DNA of 64,000 bases from Octopus vulgaris (Eukaryota). Location: the NCBI GenBank assembly GCA_951406725.2, contig OX597823.1, positions 72,726,001 to 72,790,000 of the forward strand, in the 5' to 3' direction. The position numbers and the translations under genes were made by a program. Under the pieces are notes generated by a model that was not told the DNA's origin, searched no databases, and saw only the letters and a list, made by a program, of their open reading frames with translations. Every line of letters begins with the position of its first letter. Position 1 is the stretch's first letter. Shown one piece after another: positions 1 through 11,600 of the stretch.

Positions 1-343
1 TAGGGGCATTAGTGTATGAACCAACATAAACCTAGAAATACCCAGAATCTGCAAACCCAATCTATTAGTGACACAGTGAAGAATTGTAACACATTTCCAA
101 AATTCTCCATCTGAGATTCTTATGCAAATAGATGCACATACGTGGGTATATTATCGACAGTTCAACCAACACATCAACTCCACCGGGAACTCCCCAAACT
201 TAAAATGTCTTGTCGCTTTGTAAGTGACCAGCTTGATTTGTCTGAAGAAAAACTTATATAAACCTCGATGCAAAAGATATATACTTACATGATACATGCA
301 TTCATACATACGTACGTGCATACGTACATACATACCAACATAC

Positions 344-570
344 ATTGATGTGAAAACCCGGAAAATACTAACATATACACACAATTTCTACATAATCAGG
401 GACTTAGACCGCCCTTCCCTACAATGAAAACAAGGCATCAGAGGCTTAACGTCGATACAAAATGTCTTGGAATGTCGTATCATAACCCTTCGGCAACATC
501 CTTTAACCACCAAGTATTGAATTGCATTCTTCAATCAAGTGTGCAAAAATGAGACTGATAAGATCACAAA
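344..570 (+). mobile_element. Degenerate R4/Dong-like RLE non-LTR retrotransposon fragment (post-RT region)
   Basis: Manual translation from 344 gives IDVKTRKILTYTHNFYIIRDLDRPSLQ*KQGIRGL, matching IDWKTRKIMT..HPKSDIERPY..RIEGGRGL in the copy at 61.2 kb. It contains stops. Confidence 0.7.
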
Positions 571-791
571 ACTTGGAAGACAGGTCCTTGAGCAACATTC
601 CTTGTCTGAAACCTTAAATACATGCCCAAATGAAGTCGCATGACACACACATTCACACACACAAACATACTCATATATACACATATATACATATGTATAT
701 ATATATATACATATTCACGCACATAAACATATATATACACACATATATACATATACACACGCATATATATGCATATACATACTCACACGCG

Positions 792-824
<33 letters not shown>

Positions 825-1607
825 GCATTCACACACAAACATACACACGCATATATTTAAAAATGTTCATAATTGTATACATATTTATATGCATGTGTGC
901 GTATGTGTTCGTGTGTGTGCGTGTGAATGTGCGTGCGTGCGTGAGTGAGCGTGCTTACGGGTGTGTGTAAACATAGAAAGAATGCATACGTCTGTGAAAG
1001 TTACAAGTTCCTTCCCGATGCAATTTGCCACTCCCCATCCTCACGGTCATGTTTGAATTATTCACATTCTACTTATGATATATTTTAATGAGAGAGCGTG
1101 TGTGTGGGTGAGTGAGGGAGAGAGAGACTGAGAGAGTCAGAGAGAGAATGAGAAGAGGATAAAGAGAGAGAATATCAGACACTTGTCCACTCGAGAATGA
1201 TATCATCATATCCTGTCTAATCGTTTACTCCCCATGATATACTTTTAAATTTGAAAAATCGGCCACACACAGTTTCAACAGGATATCAAATGTCAGCATA
1301 AACGTCATCCAACGTATTATTTCCATTGTTGTTTTAAATTTCTACAAGCAAACAATTTCGATTCTATTAAGCAGTCTACTGTCAATCAGTTGGAAGTTTT
1401 TTTGCATTTTATTTTCCGACTGTGCTCCAATGAGAATGCATTAGATTTTACCTGTCATCATTGTAAACATTTCTCTGTACAATGTAACATAACATAAACA
1501 TTGCTGTTCTTCTTTGATTGAAGCAAAAAATAGTATATTCTCCTTCGCGAAGGCATAAAATAAATCGGGTATGAATGTGCACACAGACTAACTGTGCCAC
1601 AACTAAC

Positions 1608-1642
<35 letters not shown>

Positions 1643-1645
<3 letters not shown>

Positions 1646-2098
1646 GATTCAGATGAATATGGTACTTAAGTTGAGGTACCAGAATTTAGTGCGGCATTAT
1701 CTATACAGTTTCCAAATAAGTTGATTAAAATCAAAATAAGCAAGAAGGGATATCCAGAGGTAATGCAGTACGATCGTTTCGAGCAACTCCATTTAATTGA
1801 ACAACACAATCATTACATCAATTTAAATGTAGAGGAATCCTCAGCTGCATAAAGACATAGAATTTAATTAAAGTAAAACTGATGGATACATTAGTATAAT
1901 TTTACCTAAAATCGCCAAGAAGTTAAGAAGATAGACAGAGAACATGCTGTATTCATTTCAGCTTAATTAAATTCTATGTTTTTATGAAGCTGAGGATTGC
2001 TCCGCTTCAAATTGATGTAATGATTTCATTGTTCGGTTAAACGGAATTGCTTGAAACTATCGTACTGCATTACCTGTGGATATCCTTGTTGCTTATTT

Positions 2099-2100
<2 letters not shown>
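1643..2100. mobile_element. Fold-back non-autonomous element in (TA)n, family FB-A copy 1
   Basis: Imperfect ~140-bp inverted arms at 1732-1871 and 1963-2100 (caaaataagcaag..gaatttaattaa / ttaattaaattc..ttgcttattttg). It is flanked by (TA)n on both sides, and a related copy lies at 38.8-39.25 kb. Confidence 0.75.
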
Positions 2101-2145
<45 letters not shown>

Positions 2146-2178
2146 TGAGAAAGTTGGTGTGTGAAAGCACGTGGTTGC

Positions 2179-2430
2179 ATATATAGAAAATAGAAAAGAG
2201 TGAAAAACTACAGAAGGCTTGTTTTATAAGGTTAAAGAATATACTTAAGTCGTTATGTTAGACGAATGTTATAAAATTTTTCATACAGTAACATAGTTAC
2301 CTACTTTTTGATTCATGCCACCCAAGACAAACTAAAACAAACATCCCTTTGAACCTTGCAAGAAGGTTATGCACAATAGTGTCTGAACAAAATACCAGTT
2401 TTTTCACTCTTCTATTTTCTATATATATAT
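2179..2430 (+). mobile_element. Penelope-like element (PLE) RT C-terminal fragment between short inverted repeats
   Basis: 2298-2396 translates to YLLFDSCHPRQTKTNIPLNLARRLCTIVSEQNT, the PLE RT thumb motif YLxFxSxHPxxxKxxIPxxxAxRxxxIxS. It is flanked by atatagaaaatagaaaagagtgaaaaact / agtttttcactcttctattttctatatat. Confidence 0.75.
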
Positions 2431-4539
2431 AATGTGCGAGTACATATCAACCCAATAACGTTTCTTTTCTGCTACAGATGGTGTGATTACCTGTTTGTGG
2501 AATGCTTCCCTTCAAACCATCAACTTTAACTTACTGAAACACACATACTTCACCGATTTAAGTTAAGTCCATTTTCCGTTTATCCTACTACTTTGAATGA
2601 GGCAAACGTTATTCATCATTGTTTGTTTCACGTGAAAAATCGTTATCGATATAGCAGTAAGGCTTGAGAAAATAAAAATATGTTGGAGAATTCTTATACA
2701 TCGAAATATTCATAATTGATTCTTATTTGCAAACAATGATAACATTGTCTCTTGAGCATTAATTTTGAGACTTTTAATAGTCATCCCTTATTCTTTCGTA
2801 AGGCTAACAATGGTTGTTAGGGATTTTTGTTTTCCTCATCAATTAATTAACGATAATGTCCTTCTCTTGCTGTATGTCGCTTTCATTTCACACTAGGCAA
2901 TCTTATTGACTGAATTGACAGGAGCCATTTTCTTACTTTCCATCATATCTTATTCACACCAGAACGGAAAGTATTTACCGCTAATTCTATAATTATTTTA
3001 GTGCATTAACCATTTTACAATCAGTTGTAATTGTGAAAATTTATAGACAAACAGAACAATGGCTTCAAGAAATTAGCTTTCATTTCATTCAATATATTTT
3101 ATTTTATTTTATTCCTTAATGTCTGTAAAACACATTTCTAAATAGCACTAATTGCTACGAATTTTATACACCAAATGTCTCAAAATATAAGCAGATTAAA
3201 CCCCAAAGTTTATCATCTTATCAAACAAAAAAGAAAACAAACAAACTGTTTAATCTACTTAAGCTCCAAGAATTTAAGCAAGGAAACGCAGAAGAGAAAT
3301 TTAGAAATATAACTGATGACTTCATTCAAATACTTTGTTTATGTGTACATTTAGATTGATAGAGGCCTCACAACCAAGCTTACATACCAGTTCATGTTTG
3401 ACCCTATGCATCATTCAGGAAAATAATGTAAGACAGGTTTCTTTTAGCAGTTATTAAAAGTGTTTCAAATACTTATATAATCATAATCAATGAGGTTCAG
3501 TGAGAATTTATATGATGTACAGACAGCCTCGACAGGGAAAGTGTTAAATTTGTTTCACAGAGGTAATTGAGCGAAACATGATCATGAAAACCTATTAATG
3601 GCATCACATTTCTGTAAGTATCCATGAAGTAATCTCAATGGAAAATATGCACTGCTCGTGAAAACTAATTCAATGTGACACTTGTACAATTGTTGCCGTT
3701 TAGCGACTGGCAGTCTTTAGTAACTGATTACTCTTACTAACTTAGAAGGTAAAATAATATACACACACGCACACACATACACACTCGCAAGACTTGCAGA
3801 CGTGTGTATTTGTACGAGAAACTAGCATTTACAATTCGAAATTATTTTACATAGTTTAACGGCGGCTATTATCCTATTTTCATTATATATTCCGACTACA
3901 AATATATGCGAACGTACACCCTATTTGACTCCTTGCCAAAATCAATATAATTATAAGACTGTTCTCATTACAAGAAGTAATCGATATTGCCGTTAAAGTT
4001 GCCTGAATAATGCGGAAAAACCATCAGGGGCAGTATTTTCAAACTGATGAACATACAACTGCATTCTACAATTCGCAAATCGTCTAAAATATTCTTTAAC
4101 ATATTATATAAGTATTGCCACTTTACTTTTGTATTCTGTATGCATGCATATCTTACCATATTTACCCTATGTAACACTCAGTATGCTTTTTGTTTTGTCT
4201 TTCTATTTATTTCGTTTACTATCTTTCGTAACTTATCTTTTTTCCTTATATATCTGTCGCAAAGAAGAACAAATGATTTGATAATAACTAATTGCGAGAT
4301 ATCAAGATTAGCCACTCAAGACTAAAATTAATTTTCTGCATAACTTTGATCCAAATCAAGAAGAACAATGGCTTTGTGCATCACACAATCTGGAAAAAGA
4401 ATCGCTTCGTAGCCGCAGATTTTCTAAAATATGAAAATATCATCCATTTTAGTTCATAACAATGAGACTTCTTCAGGCAATACAACATTTCTACTTTATT
4501 TACCAACTTTGCATGTACCGCATCTCCGCACATGCTAAT

Positions 4540-4690
4540 TAATTATTCTTCACAATCGCCTCAGGAGTGCCATTTCGTGGAAATACACGTCGAGTGCAAA
4601 AATCCGAGTTGACTTGAGGTGATAATATTCCTTGAGTTACCGCGAGGAATTCCTGCTTTCCGGTGAACGTCTTTAAGCTCTCCAGCACTT
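4540..4690 (-). mobile_element. Possible Ty3/Gypsy integrase core fossil
   Basis: Minus-strand ..RRVFPRNGTPEAIVKNN resembles the integrase motif xxxFARxGxPExIVSDN. The match is short and degenerate. Confidence 0.3.
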
Positions 4691-4735
4691 GAATCTCTCT
4701 TTCTCTCTCTCTCCCTCTCTGTATCTCTCTCTGTA

Positions 4736-4852
<117 letters not shown>

Positions 4853-5069
4853 TATACACTTCTATTCTTATATATATAAGAATTCAATGCATGAAAGTAC
4901 TAGTTCAATCAGAATGAATATTTAACATTCTACTATTTCATTTTATTTTATTCAATTATAATATATTATCTTATAATATATCATTATAAGATTGTAAATA
5001 AAACGTGAAAATCAGACAAGGTTGGAATTCTTTTTATTAATATATTCTTCTATACACAATCACACACAC

Positions 5070-5132
<63 letters not shown>

Positions 5133-5185
5133 GACACATACACCTCAACACATACACATACACACACACAAATACAATACATATA

Positions 5186-5218
<33 letters not shown>

Positions 5219-6193
5219 CGCTTGCTAAATATTTTTAATATGAATAAAACGATACATACACTCATATTTTTCCTTACATTTTCCTTTGTTGCATCGTCAT
5301 ATATCTATATATTCAGGTTCCTAGGTGCATACCATTGTAGATCCCATTCGTAAATACTGCGAAACAAACACTGCGAAGCCGACGGACTTGTAACCTCTTA
5401 GAAGTATTGTAAACACAAAATGTTTCTCCAACACCACGAATCTCTCTCTCCTTTCTTAGTGCCCTACCCTGCAATTCCATTTCGAGGGAAACTAGATCTT
5501 CTAACAATTGGAATTACTGTATCACTGGCCAGTGGACACTCAGGCTCGGAAAATATTCTGACACATTAACCTCTAAGTAAAATACTTTACTCTACATTGT
5601 CTGCACTTCTCTAGTAAATTATTAGATCACATTATATGCTGAAAACATGTATCTAAACAACAACCTGTGTATCGTGTATGCTTCAACACCCTTTCGCCTT
5701 TCTATGCAAACAAACTACATTCATTATTCCTTCCAAATCTTTGGCACGAAGAATCGCCTATATGCGAACGAGCGACTTCCCGCTATATTCAGAGAGACGC
5801 ATTAAATCTGCAAAAGTCTCCTGTTGATCTTATTTCTATAACCAATGAAAACGACATTGGAAGTATGAAGAAAATATGATAGAATCTCTCTCTTTTAACA
5901 TTTACAACAGAAAACTTGAATCGTCACAATCGCTTTAAAAGCAAGATTCCTATCATCACTGAAGAAATTTTCAGGCAAACGCACATGCTTAACATTGCTT
6001 AGTCTCTATTACAAAGGAGAATCTTCGAGCTCCGATCGAGAAAATAATTCAACACATGAATGTTTCCATATTTGTACAGCAGTGAATGTAATGTTTCCCT
6101 AGGTTTTATTGAATGATAGTGTAAATTTTCTTAACAATAGGATATATTGTAACAATAGGATATATATTGCACACACATACACACGCATACGCA

Positions 6194-6232
<39 letters not shown>

Positions 6233-6380
6233 ACACATATGCAAATATATATGTATATATTTATGTGTGTGTGTATCTATATATACATATATCTTTGTGT
6301 GTGTGTAAATTTAAAATAATAAGGATGAAAAATTGAATATAAATTTGATTAATATAAATTTAAAATCAGTGGACTAGCAT

Positions 6381-6463
6381 GCCAACCAAAGATTTGTGAG
6401 TGGATTTGGTAGACGGAAACTGAAAGAAGCCCGTCGTATATATGTATATATATATATATATAT

Positions 6464-6516
<53 letters not shown>

Positions 6517-6698
6517 GTTGGGTGGTGTGTCTGTGTTTGTCACCACCATCATCGCTTGACAACCGATGTTGGCAAAAGATAGCGATAGAATAAGTACTAG
6601 TCTTACAAAGAATAAGTCTTTGGGTCGATTTGCTCGACTAAAGGCGATGCTCCAGCATGGCCACAGTCAATTTACTGAAATATGTAAAAGAGTAAAAG
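6381..6698 (+). mobile_element. tRNA-derived SINE family A (internal microsatellite), 5'-truncated
   Basis: ttgtgagtggatttggtagacggaaactgaaagaagcccgtcg-(TA/TG)n-...ggcgatgctccagcatggccacagtc..gtaaaagagtaaaag. This is the reverse complement of the copies at 15.9 and 24.5 kb. Confidence 0.85.
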
Positions 6699-6703
6699 TG
6701 TTT

Positions 6704-6799
<96 letters not shown>

Positions 6800-6819
6800 T
6801 ATACATATATATATATATA

Positions 6820-6877
<58 letters not shown>

Positions 6878-6881
<4 letters not shown>

Positions 6882-7008
6882 ACAAAAACCAACCAAGACA
6901 TAAAGGGGTGTATAAACAACAAACAGATGTATTAGTTTAACGCTCGGGAAGTGAGAAAGACTTTTACGTTTCGAGCCTACGCCCTTCGATGTAAAGGAAC
7001 ACAGACAT
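6878..7008 (-). mobile_element. PLE pLTR-like repeat; its terminal 31 bp recur inverted at 7626-7656
   Basis: tacgcccttcgatgtaaaggaacacagacat (6978-7008) matches the reverse complement of 7626-7656 at 29/31. The minus strand carries cgaagggcgtaggctcgaaacgt, a hammerhead-like GAAAC core typical of PLE pLTRs. Confidence 0.5.
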
Positions 7009-7547
7009 TCAAAGGTCAATCACAAAAAAGATAGATGGCATGTCAGACCTTGACTACTGGGGTAGACTAGAGAAGCTGAAACTGCATTCACTCCAACGAC
7101 GCCGTGAACGCTACATTATCTGTATGATGTGGAAAATATTCCATCAGCACTATCTGAATGATGTTGGCATCACCTTCAGAATACATCCAAGGCTTGGACC
7201 ACGTGCCATCCGTCCACAACAAAAATCTAAATCGCATCACATAGCGACAATACGGCACAACTATTTCACCTCAATTGGACCCGCTCTCTTCAACATTACA
7301 CCAGGACACGTCAAAAAATAAACTGACCACACAAAATTCAAGAAGTCTTTGGACAATTTCCTTCAAACAGTCCCGGAGAAACCACCCACACCCGGATATG
7401 TTGTCCGCAAACAATAACTCTCTGCTCGAATGGGCCTTGGTGCCCAAATCCTGAATTGAAAGACTTCGCCAGGTGATGCTATTAAGTTAGACATGGCCTG
7501 GGCCAATGCTGGCCAAAACCTTTCTAAGTTATTCTAAGTTCTAAGTT
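7007..7547 (+). mobile_element. CR1-group LINE, 5'-truncated 3' end (ORF2 C-terminus, 3' UTR and tandem tail)
   Basis: Translates to [35 protein letters not shown]...GPALFNITP..FKKSLDNFLQTVPEKP..NSLLEW. It ends in (ttctaag)-type tandem repeats. Confidence 0.85.
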
Positions 7548-7673
7548 ATTCATACACACACACACACACACACACACACAGATATATATATATATATATG
7601 TATGTATGTATGCGTGTGTGTATGTATGTCTGTGTTCCTTTACGTCGAAGAGCGTATGTGTATATATATATAT

Positions 7674-7712
<39 letters not shown>

Positions 7713-7731
7713 CATACATATATATATATAC

Positions 7732-7784
<53 letters not shown>

Positions 7785-8111
7785 TATATATGGCATTTCA
7801 TAGCGAATCCTACATTCCTATTCTTTCAACTGTTTCTGAATTTACCATTAAATGTCACAGATTTCGGATTTGTAAATGCTGTGTGACTTTTTTCTTCCAG
7901 CTTTTCTCCTTTTGAGTTTGCTTTTCATTCTTTCGCAATCGGTGAAATATATAACCCCTCAAGTACTGGTTTGATAATATAAACCGTGTACTCTCCTTGT
8001 AATTGCTATGTTTGTGACTTAATCTGAAGTTGATATTATTATTGTTTTTGTTCTTTTTGTTCTTGTAGTTCTGTTATTGTTTTTGTTGCTGCTACTGTTG
8101 TTGTTGTCCTT

Positions 8112-8112
<1 letters not shown>

Positions 8113-8203
<91 letters not shown>

Positions 8204-8213
8204 CAACAACAAT
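8113..8213 (+). repeat. (AAT)n microsatellite
   Basis: Pure AAT run ending in AAC units. Confidence 0.95.
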
Positions 8214-8774
8214 AAAATGTCCCTGACGTAGAACTAGGCACTGGCTCTCATGGCTTCTGATCTTAACTGATTCGAAGTGTTATCATATACATTGTTTCGT
8301 CTTGATATAAAAGATGGACTACAGCAAATATCCTGCTCTATACCACAGATTTGCTTGTCAGTTGTTTGAATTTAACCAGTTGAGCATGTCCTTTGATGGC
8401 TGACGGCATAAGCTTCTCTGATCACGAGCAGAACTAGTGGGGGAGCAACATAGCCATGTGTTGAGAGGAATTCTTTGGAGTTTGAATAATTCACCTCTGG
8501 CAACATGGATATTTCGTTTAACATCCTTATACAACCCTTAATCAAGGGCCATTGAGCGACATGGGCTACTCGACCTGAAGAAAATTCTAACTGGGTCCCA
8601 TCTGCAAGGGCATACGCTGTTTATCTTAATATGAGATCACAATGTTGTGCACATATGGTTGTGACGCATGTGTCTGGTGTACCCTTATCAGACAAGTAGT
8701 CATGATGGTTATTCTGGGCTTCATATATTTTACCTCACTGTCACTTTGTTGGCATGCACTGCTCTCTCACGCAC
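8214..8774. mobile_element. ~560-bp non-coding interspersed element embedded in (AAT)n, copy 1
   Basis: Collinear with 34304-34822 over ~520 bp (ctcatggcttctgatcttaactgatt ... catgcactgctctctcac). It is flanked by AAT arrays on both sides and has no ORF. Confidence 0.85.
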
Positions 8775-8854
<80 letters not shown>

Positions 8855-8858
<4 letters not shown>

Positions 8859-9112
8859 TATTTAGCATAATAATATCTGGAAATGGAGGTAACTTAATGT
8901 GGAGGCAAAAACCAATATAATTCCTATCATTTTAGGCGCATTAGTTATGATAAAAAATATCCAAATACATAACCAAAACATCAAGACTAACAAGCATGTT
9001 TAACATACAGAAAATGATACAACTAGACACCGCACACAGGCTACGTGAAACACTTTTAATACAGTAAAAATAAGATCATCACAACAAACCACAGGACGTA
9101 CCCATTGACCGC
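8855..9112 (+). mobile_element. R4/Dong-like element, 3'-end fragment
   Basis: Matches 62140-62390 (ctggaaat..atgtgg..attcctatcat..taggcgcattag..catcacaacaaaccacag). It follows the AAT array at 8775-8853. Confidence 0.8.
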
Positions 9113-9119
9113 ACGTGAT

Positions 9120-9830
9120 AACAAGAAACAAAAAATATCAGAGCAATAAACACATGGGTTGTTTCCTTAATGTGATATGGCGCAGGTCTTGTTAGGTAGA
9201 CAAAGAACGGACTTGAGGAAATGGACAAGAAAACCATAAAATGGATGACTATTACCAAAGAACTACGCCCAAAAAGCAATATTCACAGATTGTATGTGCC
9301 AAGGAACAAGGGAGGAATTGGTCTCATAAGATGCAAAATATGTGTTGTCAACGAGAAGAACAGTCTGGTATGGTGCATCAGAGTGAATCCTTACTTACTG
9401 GTGTTAGACTTAACAATACAATACCTACTGAAAATGCGATGCACCCACAGACATTTACGAAACAAGATGGAGGAAAAAGAATAAAGAATTGGAAAATTAA
9501 ATAACTGCATGTGTAATAACTCAGAGAAATGGAAGGAAAATTGAAAATGAACACTTGGAGATAGCTAAGAAAAAGTGATGTGAAAGGTTGCACTGATGCT
9601 TTGATACGCCGAGCCCAGGAGCAAACTCTGAGAACTAATTACGCAAACGTCGAAATAGATAAGAGCAGCGAATTGACCCTTTTGTAGGATATGTGGCAAC
9701 AAATATTGTGAGTGAGTGTAAAAGCTGGCACAAAAAGACTACAAAAGGATACACGATACGTCAGGTGTGAGCAAGGAAGTGGTACGGACATGAACCAGAA
9801 TGACTCACCAAGAACAATGAACATAAAATA
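9120..9830 (+). mobile_element. Second, diverged R4/Dong-like RLE retrotransposon fragment
   Basis: Translates to IRAINTWVVSLM*YGAG..EEMDKKTIKWMTITKELRPKSNIHRLYVPRNKGGIGL ... CTDALIRRAQEQTLRTNY ... KWYGHEPE, with stops and frameshifts. Confidence 0.8.
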
Positions 9831-9862
9831 AAGTAGATAATCTCTCTCTCTCTCTCTCTCTC

Positions 9863-9900
<38 letters not shown>

Positions 9901-10035
9901 TATATCTATATCTGTATGCATTACATAAATATTGAACACTGAGAATTATCACTCAACATTGTATTCATGGATAGAAATTCTTTATTTTGAAGATTAAGGC
10001 TACCATTTTTTCCATGTTAAGGAAGACCTAATATG

Positions 10036-10075
<40 letters not shown>

Positions 10076-10076
10076 C

Positions 10077-10264
10077 GAGGTCAGAATAGTACTGAAAGAT
10101 TATTGTTCGTCACGGACAAATGAATTTTTGAAGAGGGTCTATGCAAGTCTGCCAGAAGAGCCTTGTAGAAAAGGAAGGACGATATATTTTAGATTAAAAT
10201 AGAAATTTTCTGATCGTTTGAAAAATAAGAAAGAATAAAAAAAACATTCAGTATGGGATGACCC

Positions 10265-10270
<6 letters not shown>
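10077..10270 (+). mobile_element. Mariner-type transposase C-terminus plus right TIR
   Basis: EVRIVLKDYCSSRTNEFLKRVYASLPE..VEKEGRYILD* fits the mariner C-terminus (FFxSKxxxFxxxGIxxLPxRWxxxVxxxGxY). It ends in ..tatgggatgacccataa next to (TA)n. Confidence 0.65.
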
Positions 10271-10343
<73 letters not shown>

Positions 10344-11299
10344 AGACAATAACTAGACAGATACTAGATAAGCAGGTAGATAAATAGATACATATATGGA
10401 TGTTTGTGTGTGTGTGTGTGTGTTTGTCTCTCTGTTGAAAATTTTAAGGAGATTTAACATGTTTTGCTATCTGTCCAATATTCTGTTTTGGGGAATACAC
10501 AGACAACATCTGCTAGATTCAGAGTAGTGTATGATAGAAAGGATCATGTGCAATATTCACGCTTCGTTCTATGATGCCCATCCCCGAACTGTGGATGCAT
10601 CTGTTTACATCCTTTAAAGGTAAGACAACAGTATTATAGACTCTTGTAGATTAACGTAGTATAATCCTCCTTTGTTCCTATACATATTTATGAAAAAAAC
10701 CGCTTTAGTCTTACATTTAAAGGGGAAAGGTGAAAGAAACATTTCGAGTGGTTAATAATTCTATTACAAATTCTTGCAACCTAGTTCATTGATTTATACA
10801 TGCTTCAAGAAGTGCCAGATGTACTTAGAGATAGTGCTTAACTCGCTGTATAACAATGTCTGTGGAGATCTGCAGTTTAAAACTGTCTATTAAATGAAAT
10901 GTAAGGATTTATCTCCAGCCTACTTAATGATACGGAATTTTAAAAAGAAATGGATTATTAATGTTATAATCCCATTCCACATCACAAGAGGATTATCTCG
11001 CATGAGGTATGCAATATTTTACAAATATACTTCTAAACAATCGATGTTTGTTTCCAAATTCTTTTAATATTAAATTTTCAAACATATAAACGGTAATTAG
11101 CTCTGTAGGTTTCAAGACATTATATAGGAGAAGAGGTGGCCTAAATGAATTAATGCTAAGCCACAAGTTGAAATGTCAGTTCATATAAAAAATACCTGCT
11201 GTATCTTTACACATTTGTATCACATAAATTTGTCCTTATAGTTAAACCATACGATCTTATAACGATTGAGAGTTTTATAAGCTTTCATGGAGACGACAA

Positions 11300-11600
11300 A
11301 TCAGAATTACAACAAATGCGTACCATACTTGCATATTTAGAATTAGTGTTAAGGTACTTCATTAGAATGAAAATTTTCTGGATATTTTTCCTTTCCATGT
11401 GTTACATCAGGTGTTGTTGTACCAGAACATTATGTCGTCGGGATACAAAGCGCAAGTTAATCACATGCTGGGGGTGGGTCGATTTTGATTTCTTTCACTC
11501 GTGCTTGGTTTGTTAGTGCAAATTAACCTCGGACTTAATTTCTTGATCTTTGATTACTTTTGATTGAAGAAAGTTCAAACTGAGGAAAAAGACAAATCAG
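11300..11600 (-). mobile_element. Possible ancient LINE RT fossil
   Basis: Minus strand ..LSPRL..(fs)..CALYPDDIMFWY resembles the RT LSPxLF / LYADD motifs. Confidence 0.3.

Noticed and set aside
1-110. Possible R4/Dong 3' end (taggggcattag)
   Set aside because: The similarity is limited to ~12 nt at the window edge.
5313-6100. Possible host exon or Gypsy pol relic (ORFs 5313-5507 and 5667-5879)
   Set aside because: No convincing motif or splice-site pair. The similarity to retroelement proteins is too vague to call.
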